From: Spironucleus salmonicida
Taxonomy: Eukaryota
DNA length: 64,000 nt
Assembly (NCBI RefSeq): GCF_000497125.1
Contig: NC_090604.1
Span: 330,651 to 394,650 of the forward strand
Direction: 5' to 3'
Shown here: positions 23,063 to 34,644 of the stretch, one piece after another
Layout of the letters: every line of letters begins with the position of its first letter
How positions within the stretch are numbered: position 1 is the first letter of the stretch
Position numbers and translations under genes: made by a program
Notes under the pieces: generated by a model
What the model was told of the DNA's origin: nothing
The model's input: only the letters and a program-made list of their open reading frames with translations
The model's database searches: none

Positions 23063-25110
23063 TTTTTAGGGATAAAGAGACTGACCTAAATAAAATGGAA
23101 AAATTGCATATTATTATATTTTAATTAAATTATATTAATAAATTATCTACAGAATTATATTAATATATAATAATTATAAGTAAAACGTAAGTCGTATAAT
23201 ATTTAATTTGCTTATATATAATAATTTGCATTAATCCGTAACACTATCAAATAATTAAAACTTAAAAACATGAATCATATATAAATATAAACCAATATTA
23301 TTTATATATAAATTCATCCAAAAAATTCTTAATATTTGTTTAACCGTATAATAACCATATATAGTTTGAAGGAAATGATGGGAATGTATTTCTCAGTTGA
23401 AACATTCAAACAGGATAAAAACTACTCCAAAAGCGAGACTGCCATACAATAATTGAATAAAGAAGAATTGGTGCTCTTCTCGACAGATAAAAAGTGATCT
23501 GACTTTCCAACACACTACAAAATCAGCACCTGCTCAACTTTGCATATCCAGCTCTAATTTACAACTCAATACTCGAATAATGCAGAATCGCTAATGCACA
23601 CCGCCGTCTGCCTTCAAATGCAGCCAATTCGATCACGATCTGCGCATGTCTACAATTGATTTTGCCCTACGCTATTCAATTTTATATTTACGTCTTATAC
23701 CCGTTATATACACCAGCCCTGTTCATCGCAGGTCCATTTTTGTGATGTACTTGATCGTAAAATTTAAAAACATATTAATTGATTATTATACATTATATAA
23801 CATTTAATTTTTCCAGTTTCTGTTAAACTTAAATTCCCAATTGTGTGCGTCTGCAGGGCAGTTTTGGGCGCAATTTGCGCTGATTTGCAGGCGCGCTAAA
23901 GAGGAAACTCCGCATTTTGTTGCATTAAGTGAAGCGCGAAATTGGTAATTTCGACATTTTTGAGCCATTTGCGTCCGTTGGATCAATTTAATTTTATGTT
24001 AGAAAATTCGATTTATTAGTTCGGCGGGAAATCGGTTTCTGGGGAGCGGAATAAATTGTCTTATTTCAGAATATATTGGATAATGAAAAATAAGAATTTT
24101 GTGTATAATTGTATACTTTTCGTTATATCAGTTAAAAATTCGTTATATCAGATATAACGAATAAATTTTTTACTATTATCTATTATATGTATAAAATTCA
24201 TATAATTAAAATTATTTAAGGTCCTACAAGCAAGGTTATTGGTTAAGTAATAAGGCTTCTTTGTGAAATAAACTAGGAACTTGTGGTGCGAGAAGCCAAA
24301 CGCAGAAAGCAACCAATTGTGCTCTGCGATTGAAATAAATTGTATATAAACAGTTATAAACTGAAATGGAATTATTTGATTTTACTAGTATTTAAAACAT
24401 ATAATAATTATATTTTGCATTTTACAAATCAGGCGATACAAAACTTTCGGATCAGCTTCCAAGTGTCCAGGCCTGCAGTATCTTGGTGCTCACTGCACTT
24501 GCTGCAACTAGACGCATGCTGCTCGGGCCGGCTCTGCGCCAAAAAATATGCCGCTGGAAAGAAATGGGCACAAGGGGCGAGGCCAAGAAATGCAGTGCAA
24601 CGGGGCTGCGCTCCGGGATAAAGGGAACTACAATGTTTAGGTGTCGCAATTTGGACAGTGTCAACTCGCGTTTTAGGGGGTTTGGGAGGTGCAAATGCCA
24701 AAGGACATTTACGCTGGTGGGCCGACTTTGTCTAAATCTGATAGTAAGTGTATAATAATGCGGACTATCAATTTGGAGTGCAGCTGTATAATTAGAAGGT
24801 AATATTATATTAAATATATTTTGGAGTGGAAGTATTGGAAAATGGGCAAGAGCGGTGCACGCTTGATTGTGGGCTGCTGCTCGTTGTCTTGGCGTTCAGT
24901 TAGATAAAATTCAATATCTTTGTGTTGTTAAGTTTATTTTATTTTTGTACAATATATTTGACATTATATAACAATCACAAACTAAAAATATTTGAGTTTG
25001 GTTTTAAATTATAACGTAAAGTGATATATATGCATGTCTCATGAAGGTTAAAAACCAAAAAATGAGTTGCTCATATATTATCAGATGAAAAACCATATTC
25101 TATTTTTAAA

Positions 25111-26157
25111 ATGACAGATACTGGAACATGCTCTAATCGTAACACTAACTGTAAGGCAAATCATTTTTGCCCAGCCATCAATCATAATACAGTTGCCTGT
25201 ATTCCTTGCACAGAAGACATGGAATTAGGTCAGGGCTGCTACTGTAAGGATAATAAGGTGTCAATAAATTGTAAGGAATGCAATGGTACTTCTTGTTCAA
25301 CATGCCTCCCTGGGTCCTTTCTCAATGGAACCATTTGCACTAAATGCCCAAAGGGTTGTGCTGAATGTGCCGACTCCAATTCGTGCTAGAAATGCGCCGT
25401 TGGGTTCACAATGTAAGATGACAAATGCGTCAGAGTCTGCAATAATAATGAAGAGTGCAAGGATCAAGGTTCAACATTTTGCGATATGTCCACAAAGAGG
25501 TGCGCGCCGTGTGGTTAACACTGCATAATTTGCTCATCGGCGACGGTTTGCAACTCGTGCGATTTGAAAACACATATTACCACAATTTACGGTACGTGTA
25601 CTCCTAAATGTAAGGATATTGAAGATGGTAACTACTGTAAGGACGGTGTTCCTAAACCCTGCGCTGAAGGGCTTGAATCTCCCTGCTCATGTAGGTATGC
25701 TTCCAATTGCGCTTCCTGTAACAGTGCATAGGATGCCTGTGATACGTGTTTGCCTAATGTTATTAAGGGAAATGGTGGTAGGTGTAGGGATTGTGCAACT
25801 GGGTTTAAGCTTATTGGCGGGATGTGCTGGCCCGAGACCCCTGTTCCTGCACCCCCTGCTCCTGAACCACCTACTCCAGATCCAAATATTCCAGAACCCC
25901 CTGTTCCTGAGCCACCTACTCCAGAACCATCTGGTCCAGACCCGGTAACTCCCGAACCTGTGCCGCCTTCCCCACCTGTTCCGGTCCCGGTAGCTCCCAC
26001 GCCGTCTAGTCCAGATCCAGAAGTTAATAGCCAGAATTTGAGCAGTGGGGCAGTCACGGGCATCGTCATTGGAGTCTTGTTGGTCGTTGGGGCAATTGGT
26101 GGCGGCCTGGCTTATTATTTCATTAGAAAGGCGAAGAAGAGAGTGGAGTAACAGTGA
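25111..26157 (+). CDS. CRMP, 348 aa, Pro-rich stalk, tail [10 protein letters not shown]
   Basis: Continuous with TAR=Gln; CxxC repeats, TM, ends CAG TGA. Confidence 0.93.
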
Positions 26158-26989
26158 TTGGTAATATATACGTTCATGCACGTTTATGCTAAGCTTTCCA
26201 CTCGGATCCTCCAAGAGTATACAGGTCGAACAGTGTTAATGCTGACTTGGAGCAATGATATCATAAGTTACAATTTAAACAGTAATAGACCCAGAAAAGA
26301 ACACGATCCCCCATGCGTACACTTCTTCTAGGGCCGCGCAGTTTCAACCAAATTTAGCTGAGGACGTCATTTTACTACTGTGGTATCTTACTATATATAA
26401 ATGTAGATTATTCAGCGTTCAGTTTTATAATGCATACCTAGCAGGATTGATGTGATACCCAATATTATAAAACATCCCAGGACCCTTATTAAGAGGTTTC
26501 AGTCTACCAGCACACTATTTACACCCTCAGTCGGTATCCAGAAAGTTCGGCACCCAGCTAATGGCCGTTTCTGGCGGAAAGCTTGTCCCCGAGCAGGTAT
26601 CTTAAACTATTATAGATCAAACATCTATAAACTACCCAGCAATTGCATAAATTCGTATTAGCCCTATGTGCCTGCTCACTGCCGCACTTTCGCACCTAGC
26701 GCAGACGCAGCATTTTATCCCTACCCCTATATTACGGGCATGCTCCTTTGTTATTTGCAGTGCTCTCACTGCTTAGCCTCCTCCCACCGATTTTATGCAA
26801 GCTGCCATTGTAATATTTTTGATGCATTATCCCTAAGACGGAATTCGCTTCAACATGCCTTGGTGCGCTAGTTCAACCCCTGGGCACCCACCTCCCCGTG
26901 TCTAGCTACCTTCCAACGAAACATGCCTATCTTTAAAACTCCAACCGCCTGTGTTTCCATCCTACCCCGACCCGTTCGTATGCGTTTAG

Positions 26990-27800
26990 CTGATCCTCTG
27001 GCCTTCCAACACCAGGCGAAACCTGAAAGCTGGCTGTTTCTGTGAACCTGCGCCCACCTTGTGCAATCAGTATAGGTACATAATATGGATACTACTGCGA
27101 AGTCCACGTGCTAAAACTATATCGCCAGGTAAACCCAGGAATTGCACGTTTGGAATTCCTCATTGGAGCCTTTATGGAAATGACCAATGTCGTATTTACC
27201 TCGTTCTCCGATGCGAACACCTGCCTGCAGTGCCGCAACACTTTCTCTCTGGAGCTAGAGAATTCATCGGCGACTACGGTGGAATCGGAGCACTTTGCCA
27301 CGACCTCCCGGCCAAGAGGCGCCGAAAGTGTGGTGGGAAATGCCCCAGAACATGGTGAAAAGTATCTGCTGAGATAGATAACATCATCTATCTCATAATA
27401 CCTGAGGGTATCTGCCCTACGATTTGCGGTAATTTGGAACGGCTAATATTTAATCGCGGAACATATCCCGTGACCCCGTCTGCACGTACTAGGCGCTGTA
27501 TACTGCGCATCCTGACATTAGCTAAAACATAGCTCCGGTGCGTGCCGACTGCCGCACTCAGATAGGCGGGCATTGCGCTGCCTGCGAACCTGACAGTAAG
27601 TTTATAGAAATTCGGATTACTAGAGATACCGAGAGCTGAGATATGTTAAATAGAAACTATGGCGATTGCTGGCATCTTAATGGCGTGGGCTCAGCCGGAG
27701 AATTAGCATCTCACCTTGCTAAGAGAAGCAAGAAAATACCTACGACAAGAAGAATTCTGGATGACCAAATAGTAACTGAAAAGGTCGCAGAGCATATACC
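26990..27800 (+). pseudogene. Decayed CRMP-like relic (approximate limits)
   Basis: VSVNLRPPCAISIGTQYGYYCE resembles [37 protein letters not shown] resembles [16 protein letters not shown]; remnant TM/basic tail. Confidence 0.5.
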
Positions 27801-27932
27801 TCGATTTTGCGAAACGCGGAAATTGAAGCGAGCGAGGTTCAGTGGGTTCAATTTGCGGCCAAAACACACGCGGAAGGCGTTTTGGGAGTGGGCGAATGTG
27901 CGGGAATACTAACTGTTGCGAAATTAAAAAAC

Positions 27933-27974
27933 GTAGATCAACGGGAGTCGAACCCATGACCTCTCGATCTGGAA
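27933..27974 (-). pseudogene. 3' half of a tRNA (Trp-CCA-like), second copy
   Basis: Reverse complement of 3050-3091. Confidence 0.6.
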
Positions 27975-29905
27975 GATTAATACCGAACATGCCCAAAATC
28001 AGCAGAGCGAGCGAACCCGCGGTTTGCTCCTGGTGCATGAGGCTCAAAACGCTGCAAATCGCGTCAATTCACGGCTCAAAAGTACTACCTCGAGGGTTGC
28101 GAGCCCGAAGACGGCGACTGGCAAGCGCGAAAAGGACTTCCGGAAGCTGAATTTGGGGAATTTGAGCGCTTCGGAAATGTGAATTTTGGGAGTGGAAAAT
28201 TGAATTGAAATTGAAATTAGGAAATGTGATATAAGAATTTTCTGTGTTGCTGACGTTAAGTTCACCGTCGGGTTCGTCGGCAGCGATTCGTTGTTCACTA
28301 GTGCGTTAAGGTGCGTTAGCAGTCGCTCGGAAAGTGGTAATGTTACTGTATGCGGGTTGTAAGTGGAGGAGGTGATATCAAAGTACTGGATGATGGGCTA
28401 GGCGTCATTAGATATCGATAATCCAGTTTCTAGATGAATTGCGAGGCTAGAAATCTGTGATGACGTTTTTGGTATTATACATATAATGATATAATTATAA
28501 CATTAATGATATAATAAAAGTGTCTCGACTTCTCTTCTACGGCCGATGCGATTATGCCTCCAGGAACGCCGTTAAACACAGTAAATAGGCACGTACCAGC
28601 TGCTTTGCTGCTAAATTTTCCTGATTTTACTTTATTTTACTGGAAAAGTCTGATAGATTTACGGCGTTAGAATCTAAGTGGAAAACCTCGCCATATCCGT
28701 TCGTAAGGCATTCTATAATCAGTTCAAGCTTATCTATCGATTATTTTATATTTCGTGTCATGAGATTCAAGCTATATCTATTGTCTTCTGGTACAAGAAG
28801 GGGCGCGTAAGCACGAAAACAAACAGATATTAGTTGCTATTATGCAAAAGAGTGCAAATCAGGATGCTACAAGAAGCACATTAAAAGGTCTTGAGTAGCA
28901 TATGGAGATGTAGAACATCTAATTCCAGAGGAAAATTGGTATTATAAGAGCATCTCTGGTTATAATTCACATTTTTGCGTAACATAAAATAAGTCTTTAT
29001 CATTCTTTTATAACAATTTTGTTGTTTCATTGCATTTTTAAACACAAAATTCTAGTCAAAATGGGTTTGGGTATATAGAGACGTAATAATTTAAGTTAAC
29101 ATATAAAAAACAATTCACATTGCTAAAAAATTGAAATCGATAACTCTAATGGTGCGTAATTAGTATATATCCTAGTTACCAAATTTATATCTGTAACTTG
29201 AATATAACATGTAAATATTGTTTTCGAAGATATCGATGAATACTTAACAATATAGCGAAGATTTAATAGGTAATAATGAAGCTATATGTAAAAAATGATT
29301 CAAAGACACTTTAAATACTTTGAGAACCTATATTAGGATGATACTTCTTAGATAATGTAAAGATCTAAGACAACAGTTTTGTATTTAGTTATAAAGTTGT
29401 TTTACCAAATCTTTAAACTCTGCAATTGAAATTTCTGGAAATTTAGCATCAGAATCGCGATAATTTTTATTAAAACAGTCTTTAATTTTATTGATCATTA
29501 TATAATTTATCCATATGGATATTATTTAATATTAATATTAAACTATAAAATACAATATAAAATATACTTATAATCATACTTATGGACCGTAATAGAAGTT
29601 TTATAAATAACCGAGATCGTGTTTGCTAATTAGATATAACAATACATATTTAACGTATCTACTATATGATAACAAGATAAATGAATTAACCTGCTGTTTA
29701 TAACAAATTGTCAATACCAATGTATAATTTTGTGTATATAAGTAAAAGCAACCTAGCTAATTAACTTAGTTTCAATAAAGGAATTTGATTCTTAGGTGTA
29801 AGGCGTAATTCTGAAACTATAAAGTACTATTAACTACAAAATTGTTGATACCACGAGCAATATAAAAGAAGTATAGAAATGCCAAATAAAGGAAATATAG
29901 CAGAT

Positions 29906-29975
29906 AACTGAAGAAATTAACAAAACTCAGTTAGCAGGGGCTCGCGCTTATCCTGCCCACGTCACAGCTTCAGTT
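29906..29975 (-). promoter_or_regulatory. SECIS element, second copy
   Basis: Reverse complement of 1049-1118. Confidence 0.85.
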
Positions 29976-29982
29976 TACATTT

Positions 29983-30210
29983 TCATGCCCCGAGCGCCTC
30001 GATCGCCGCCAGCACCGCGGGGGGACTGGGATAGGCGCCCTCCTTGGCTTTGGAGAAGACGAGGGTTCCGTTGGCGAAGACCTCGAAGTCGCCCAGAGCA
30101 CCATACTCGAAGGCAGCCTCTACGCCAAGCTTTCCTTTCAGGAACGCCTGGAGACCCTTGAAGCGGGGCATGGAGCCTCAGGACTAACACATCACGACCT
30201 TGATTTCCAT
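29983..30210 (-). CDS. SELENOW: Selenoprotein W / Rdx-family selenoprotein, second copy
   Basis: Matches 814-1041; Sec TGA at 30180-30178. Confidence 0.92.
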
Positions 30211-30347
30211 GTGAGGGAGCGGAAGTTCGAAGTGGGAGAGTTTTGTATAACATCTTAATATTATATAATAATATTATTGATGAGGATTGGAATTATATTA
30301 GGTTTCTTAAAATATTATATAATTATATCCATATAATATTAATATTC

Positions 30348-31226
30348 ATGTAACTTAAAATCCAGCAATAATACCCGCCCACAGCGCTAATTCGAAACGC
30401 TACACCTGCTATCCACAGTCTGACCCTATGCTAACCTGAATTTATCGCCCAACAATTGTTTCACCCTGCTCGTTTTGCTTTCAATTAAGCAGGCGCAAAC
30501 GGCCAAATGCGCGTTCTTAGAAGCCGGCGCGCAAATATTTATCCGCTGCAGGAAAGTTTTCATTCCCTTACGCGCAGTACCCTTCCATCCAGACAGACCG
30601 AGAACCTGCTTAGTTCGAGGCTGGAACTTGCAGCGATTTGCAGGTTTTGCGCAGCCTCGATTCCGCGTGTTCCGGCAATGAGGGAAATCGTAAAAATAGC
30701 AAATTTGCACTTTCAAGCCTTGAACCCTCGCTCAAGACAAATTTATAATTTCCGCCCCCCACAGCTGTGCCAGATTAAGGTTTTAAATGAAGACATCTGT
30801 ACTGCTAAGGCGTGGGGACAGGCAGTACTGAGCTGGAAGTCTGCAGCTATGTAGCTTCAGGAAGGCATTTTGCGGCCGGTCAGATTTGGAGGTTTAGTTA
30901 TCCCAGAGCGGTATGCGCGCGAAATCAACGGAAAAGGAGCAGCTGCCGTTGTCGCAGCAGTTCCTTCCGAAGTGTGTATTGCAGTGCGGTTTTTGGTTCA
31001 GTGTTCCGGGCGCGCGGTTGTCAAAGGTCGCATCTCTGGACCCGCCACCGGCGTTAATGGGATGGCAAGCGTATTTGACGCGTATTTAGCGCAGGGTTTC
31101 CGCTTTCGTGCATTTCTAGATAGTTTGCAGGAAGGTGGTGCGCAAGCTGGGCCTCTGGTGAGTTTTCCAGGTGCTGAGTCGGCGGAAGTTACGTATTTTA
31201 GGAGTAGGGTATTTGGAATCGAGTGA
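30348..31226 (+). CDS. Hypothetical protein, 292 aa
   Basis: ATG 30348 in frame with track ORFs 30507 and 30870; ends GAG TGA. Confidence 0.65.
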
Positions 31227-31774
31227 GGTTTAAAAGGCGATTGTAAATTGAGGTGTTAAAGAACTATTTATCTGGTAAGGGAACGAAAAAAGTATTTGAT
31301 GAAATCGTTTAAGGAATTAGAATAAGGCAATTGATATAGAGTAATTAGATTTAAATTAAATAAGGACTAAGTAGAATCGCTAGCTTTATTATATGATAAA
31401 CATTTATTGAGATAAAGATACTAGATGAGATAGTAGAGTGCAATACTTATTAGTTAGCACATAAATTAATAGTAAATCGTATGTTCTGGTATTTATAATA
31501 GATTGATCTGCGGTATTATGCGCGTAGAATTCTAACCTGTAAATTTAATGTAAAAGTATTAAGTGGTGAAACTATATAGGAGATGTAAGTTAGTTTATAT
31601 TATTAACAATAAGTATGAGATGCGTTTATAGAAAACTGTTTCTATTATTCAGATCATTAATATTTTAGACTGATATTATATAATATAAAGTATAATTGTT
31701 AATTTTCATTTAGTAATGATAAAATCAGACTGAGCGAAAATTATCGGATACAGTATGCATTAATTATCAATCAC

Positions 31775-32734
31775 TCATTCAAGAATATTAACAGCTCCAG
31801 TATCAGTGCTAACTTAATTCTTCCTACTTTTCCTCATTATCACTATCACAGTACCACTAATCGCACCTACAACCGCTAATGCGCCAATAATAATACCAGC
31901 GATTGCACCGCCACTGAGGTTACTTTTATTTGAAGTAGGGTTAGATGGGTCAGCAGGTACCACTGGTTCCACTGGCTTCACTGGTTCCACTGGTCTAGTC
32001 GGGATTTTATCATTAAGCCAACATTTTCCATTGAGCATAGTATATCCTTCAATACATTTGGTACATTTTCCGTTCTCATCTTTCTCCATACCAAGCAAAC
32101 ATGTTTAACAGCTATTGCGGTCTTCAGAACATGTGGCACAGTTTTCAGCACTACCACATGTGCACTCTGAAGTGCTATCTTTAGTACAAGTCGCAGGGGT
32201 TCCATTATTACAATACTAACCTGTTTCTAACCTACCACATTAATCAATACACTGGCCATCAATCGTTAAAACGTAATCTTGTCCACTGCATCCAAGACAA
32301 AAGTCTGATGACGAACACTGAGAGCATCTTCCGGTACACTAGTCACAAATGTTCTTTTCTACATTACAAAAATAGTCATGTGCAGGAGAGCATTAAGAAT
32401 TGTCCGTGCATGAAGGCCTACAGGTAATAGCTGTTGTATCAAGTGTGTACCCCTCGTTGCACTTAGTACATCCTTTCCCAGGGGCACATTCTGCACAGTT
32501 TAACGCACAGTTCTACTTTTATAGAGTTCTCTACATCAAGAATTTGGAACATTTCCCATTAGCACACTCAAGGCAATTTTCAGTCATCTGATAATCTTAG
32601 CAGAAGCACCCTTGGCCTTGTTGTATATCATCTGAGCAGGGTAAACACTAAACTTACTTAGCATCTGTGGCGGGACAGTAATGATTTTACTTGCACTGCT
32701 AGGAGGTTGTAGAACATGTTCCTGAAGCTGTCAT
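31775..32734 (-). CDS. Divergent CRMP, 319 aa, PVE/PVK stalk, longer tail (RKSRKNQVSTDTGAVNILE)
   Basis: MTASGTCS...HYCPA...GQGCFC; TM LSGGAIAGIIIGALAVVGAISGTVIVIM. Confidence 0.9.
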
Positions 32735-33717
32735 TTTAAACTCGGTTATTTTTGGGTTACTTGGTATTTGTTAAGATATTATATATTTTTGGAATTTAAG
32801 TAAATTCCATATCCATTAGTTATAAAAATCTATACTTTAATAAAAACACAAATAATCATTTTATCACAGAAACATGTATTCATGTATGATTGTTATAATT
32901 AATTAATATTATAGTGGACTATCCCGAAAAACCGTTTTTACTTACTTCTAGTATAAAATTTATATAGGTTATTAAAGGAGTACTAAGATATAATATTTTA
33001 GTTTATAATAATAATCAACAACATACTCAATATGTATCAAATTTTAAATAAATTATATATAATACTTTGTATTTATTATTACTGCTATCTAACATTATCT
33101 TAAAAACCAATATCTAAATAAAACGGGTTTAAGGAAGTATCAGTCGATTATATACAGCCGTTATGTATTCTTAATTAATTGACATAAATAAACAATTACT
33201 ATAAATAATCAATTATCTTACACTAAACCTTAATATTCGTGCAACTTTACTCGGAAACTCCGAAATGCAAGTTAAGACTTATAGTTATGCCTAGTTTACA
33301 CAACTTAATGCTAGCAATGCCTAAATTAACTTATTATGTTAACTCCAACCTACCAGTTCTTGTTAACATCAATTAAAAAGTATAAGGTTATAGTTGGAAT
33401 TAGGAGATAGCTCCACTGGATATTTTTGATCTTATGCCATAAAATACTACAATTTTTAATAATTAGCTATTCGCAATAAATATTTTCATGCGGGTTGCAG
33501 CTGATTTAGCGGTTAAGCACTATTCGTAGCGTAAACTAAGCTGTGCTCAAAGAGCAATGATTGCAACCTACGCCTAAATTAGAGGGTTTGCGTATAATTT
33601 ATAGAAACAGCACGAGTACCTGGAACCTCTATTCAACTAACGCTGATTACAAAATGAGGCTGATTCTACACGATAAATTGTAGACATTAATTTACCTAAC
33701 TTTTAATATTCCATATC

Positions 33718-34056
33718 TCATACATGTGTTCCTTCGTATCCATAAAAACTATCCTCTACTGTAAGGTTAGTCATAGCAAGTCCACTGTGTGACATCAAAT
33801 AATCACATTCTAACACAGAGCCTTTGCCATGCTGCTTTAATAGGCTGAACTTTATTTTGACTTTTACTTGTATTAATGTTACAGGTGAAAATGCATGCTT
33901 TCTGTTCATTGGGGATTTACAGTTATCATCATTGATTTCCTAGTATGCATTCCTGCTATTGTTTGATTTTATAGAAGGGGCATGCTGTAGTTATTTTTGC
34001 TTCTAACCGATTAAGATAGCTTTCTAAGCTTTTAATAGTGAAGGCAAAATGTTCAT
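33718..34056 (-). CDS. Hypothetical protein, 112 aa
   Basis: Extends the track ORF upstream to ATG 34056; CCACCTCC motif upstream; TGA stop. Confidence 0.45.
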
Positions 34057-34644
34057 TATCTCGGAGGTGGTTCATGGCCTAAAGTGGTATTTGGCCTCTA
34101 AATAGATTGTAATAGTAATATAAATATATTTATATGTAAATAATATTTTTTACTTTAATATAAAACATATAATACTCATAATACTTAGAATAAGTTATAT
34201 TTATTTTACTTGAATACATAAGTTATAACCAAGAAGTGCAGAGTGCAAATTACAATATTACTCGTGAATCATGATACCTAACATATATACTCATATGATG
34301 TTTAGTTTAGCACGAGGAGTGAGAATTGAAATCATGTTTCGCTATTTTCGAAACGCTTATTATTAACAAGTTTGTATCAATCCTTAAAGCGATATTATTA
34401 TATTTTACCCTGCGAATAGATGATTCACAGAAATGGTATACATACAATATTGTACGACATACTATTTGGAACTTAAGATTTAATAGTTTCTTTATATTTA
34501 TATTCAACATTGAGTGAACTTTTTAGTTATACTATTAGAATAGGTATATTATAGTTATCATATCGCCCAAAACGTGTTTAAAGGAGTTTGCAACTGGCAA
34601 TGCTACGTTTATATTACTTCATGCACGTCTACTAGCAAGGGACT

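Larger units (their letters stand above)
24496..31022. repeat. Right arm of the ~6.5-kb inverted duplication
   Basis: Reverse complement of 1-6553. Confidence 0.95.

Noticed and set aside
26158-28300. Repeated flank as an autonomous transposon or retroelement
   Set aside because: No reverse transcriptase/transposase motifs, terminal repeats or target-site duplications seen; always attached to CRMP genes
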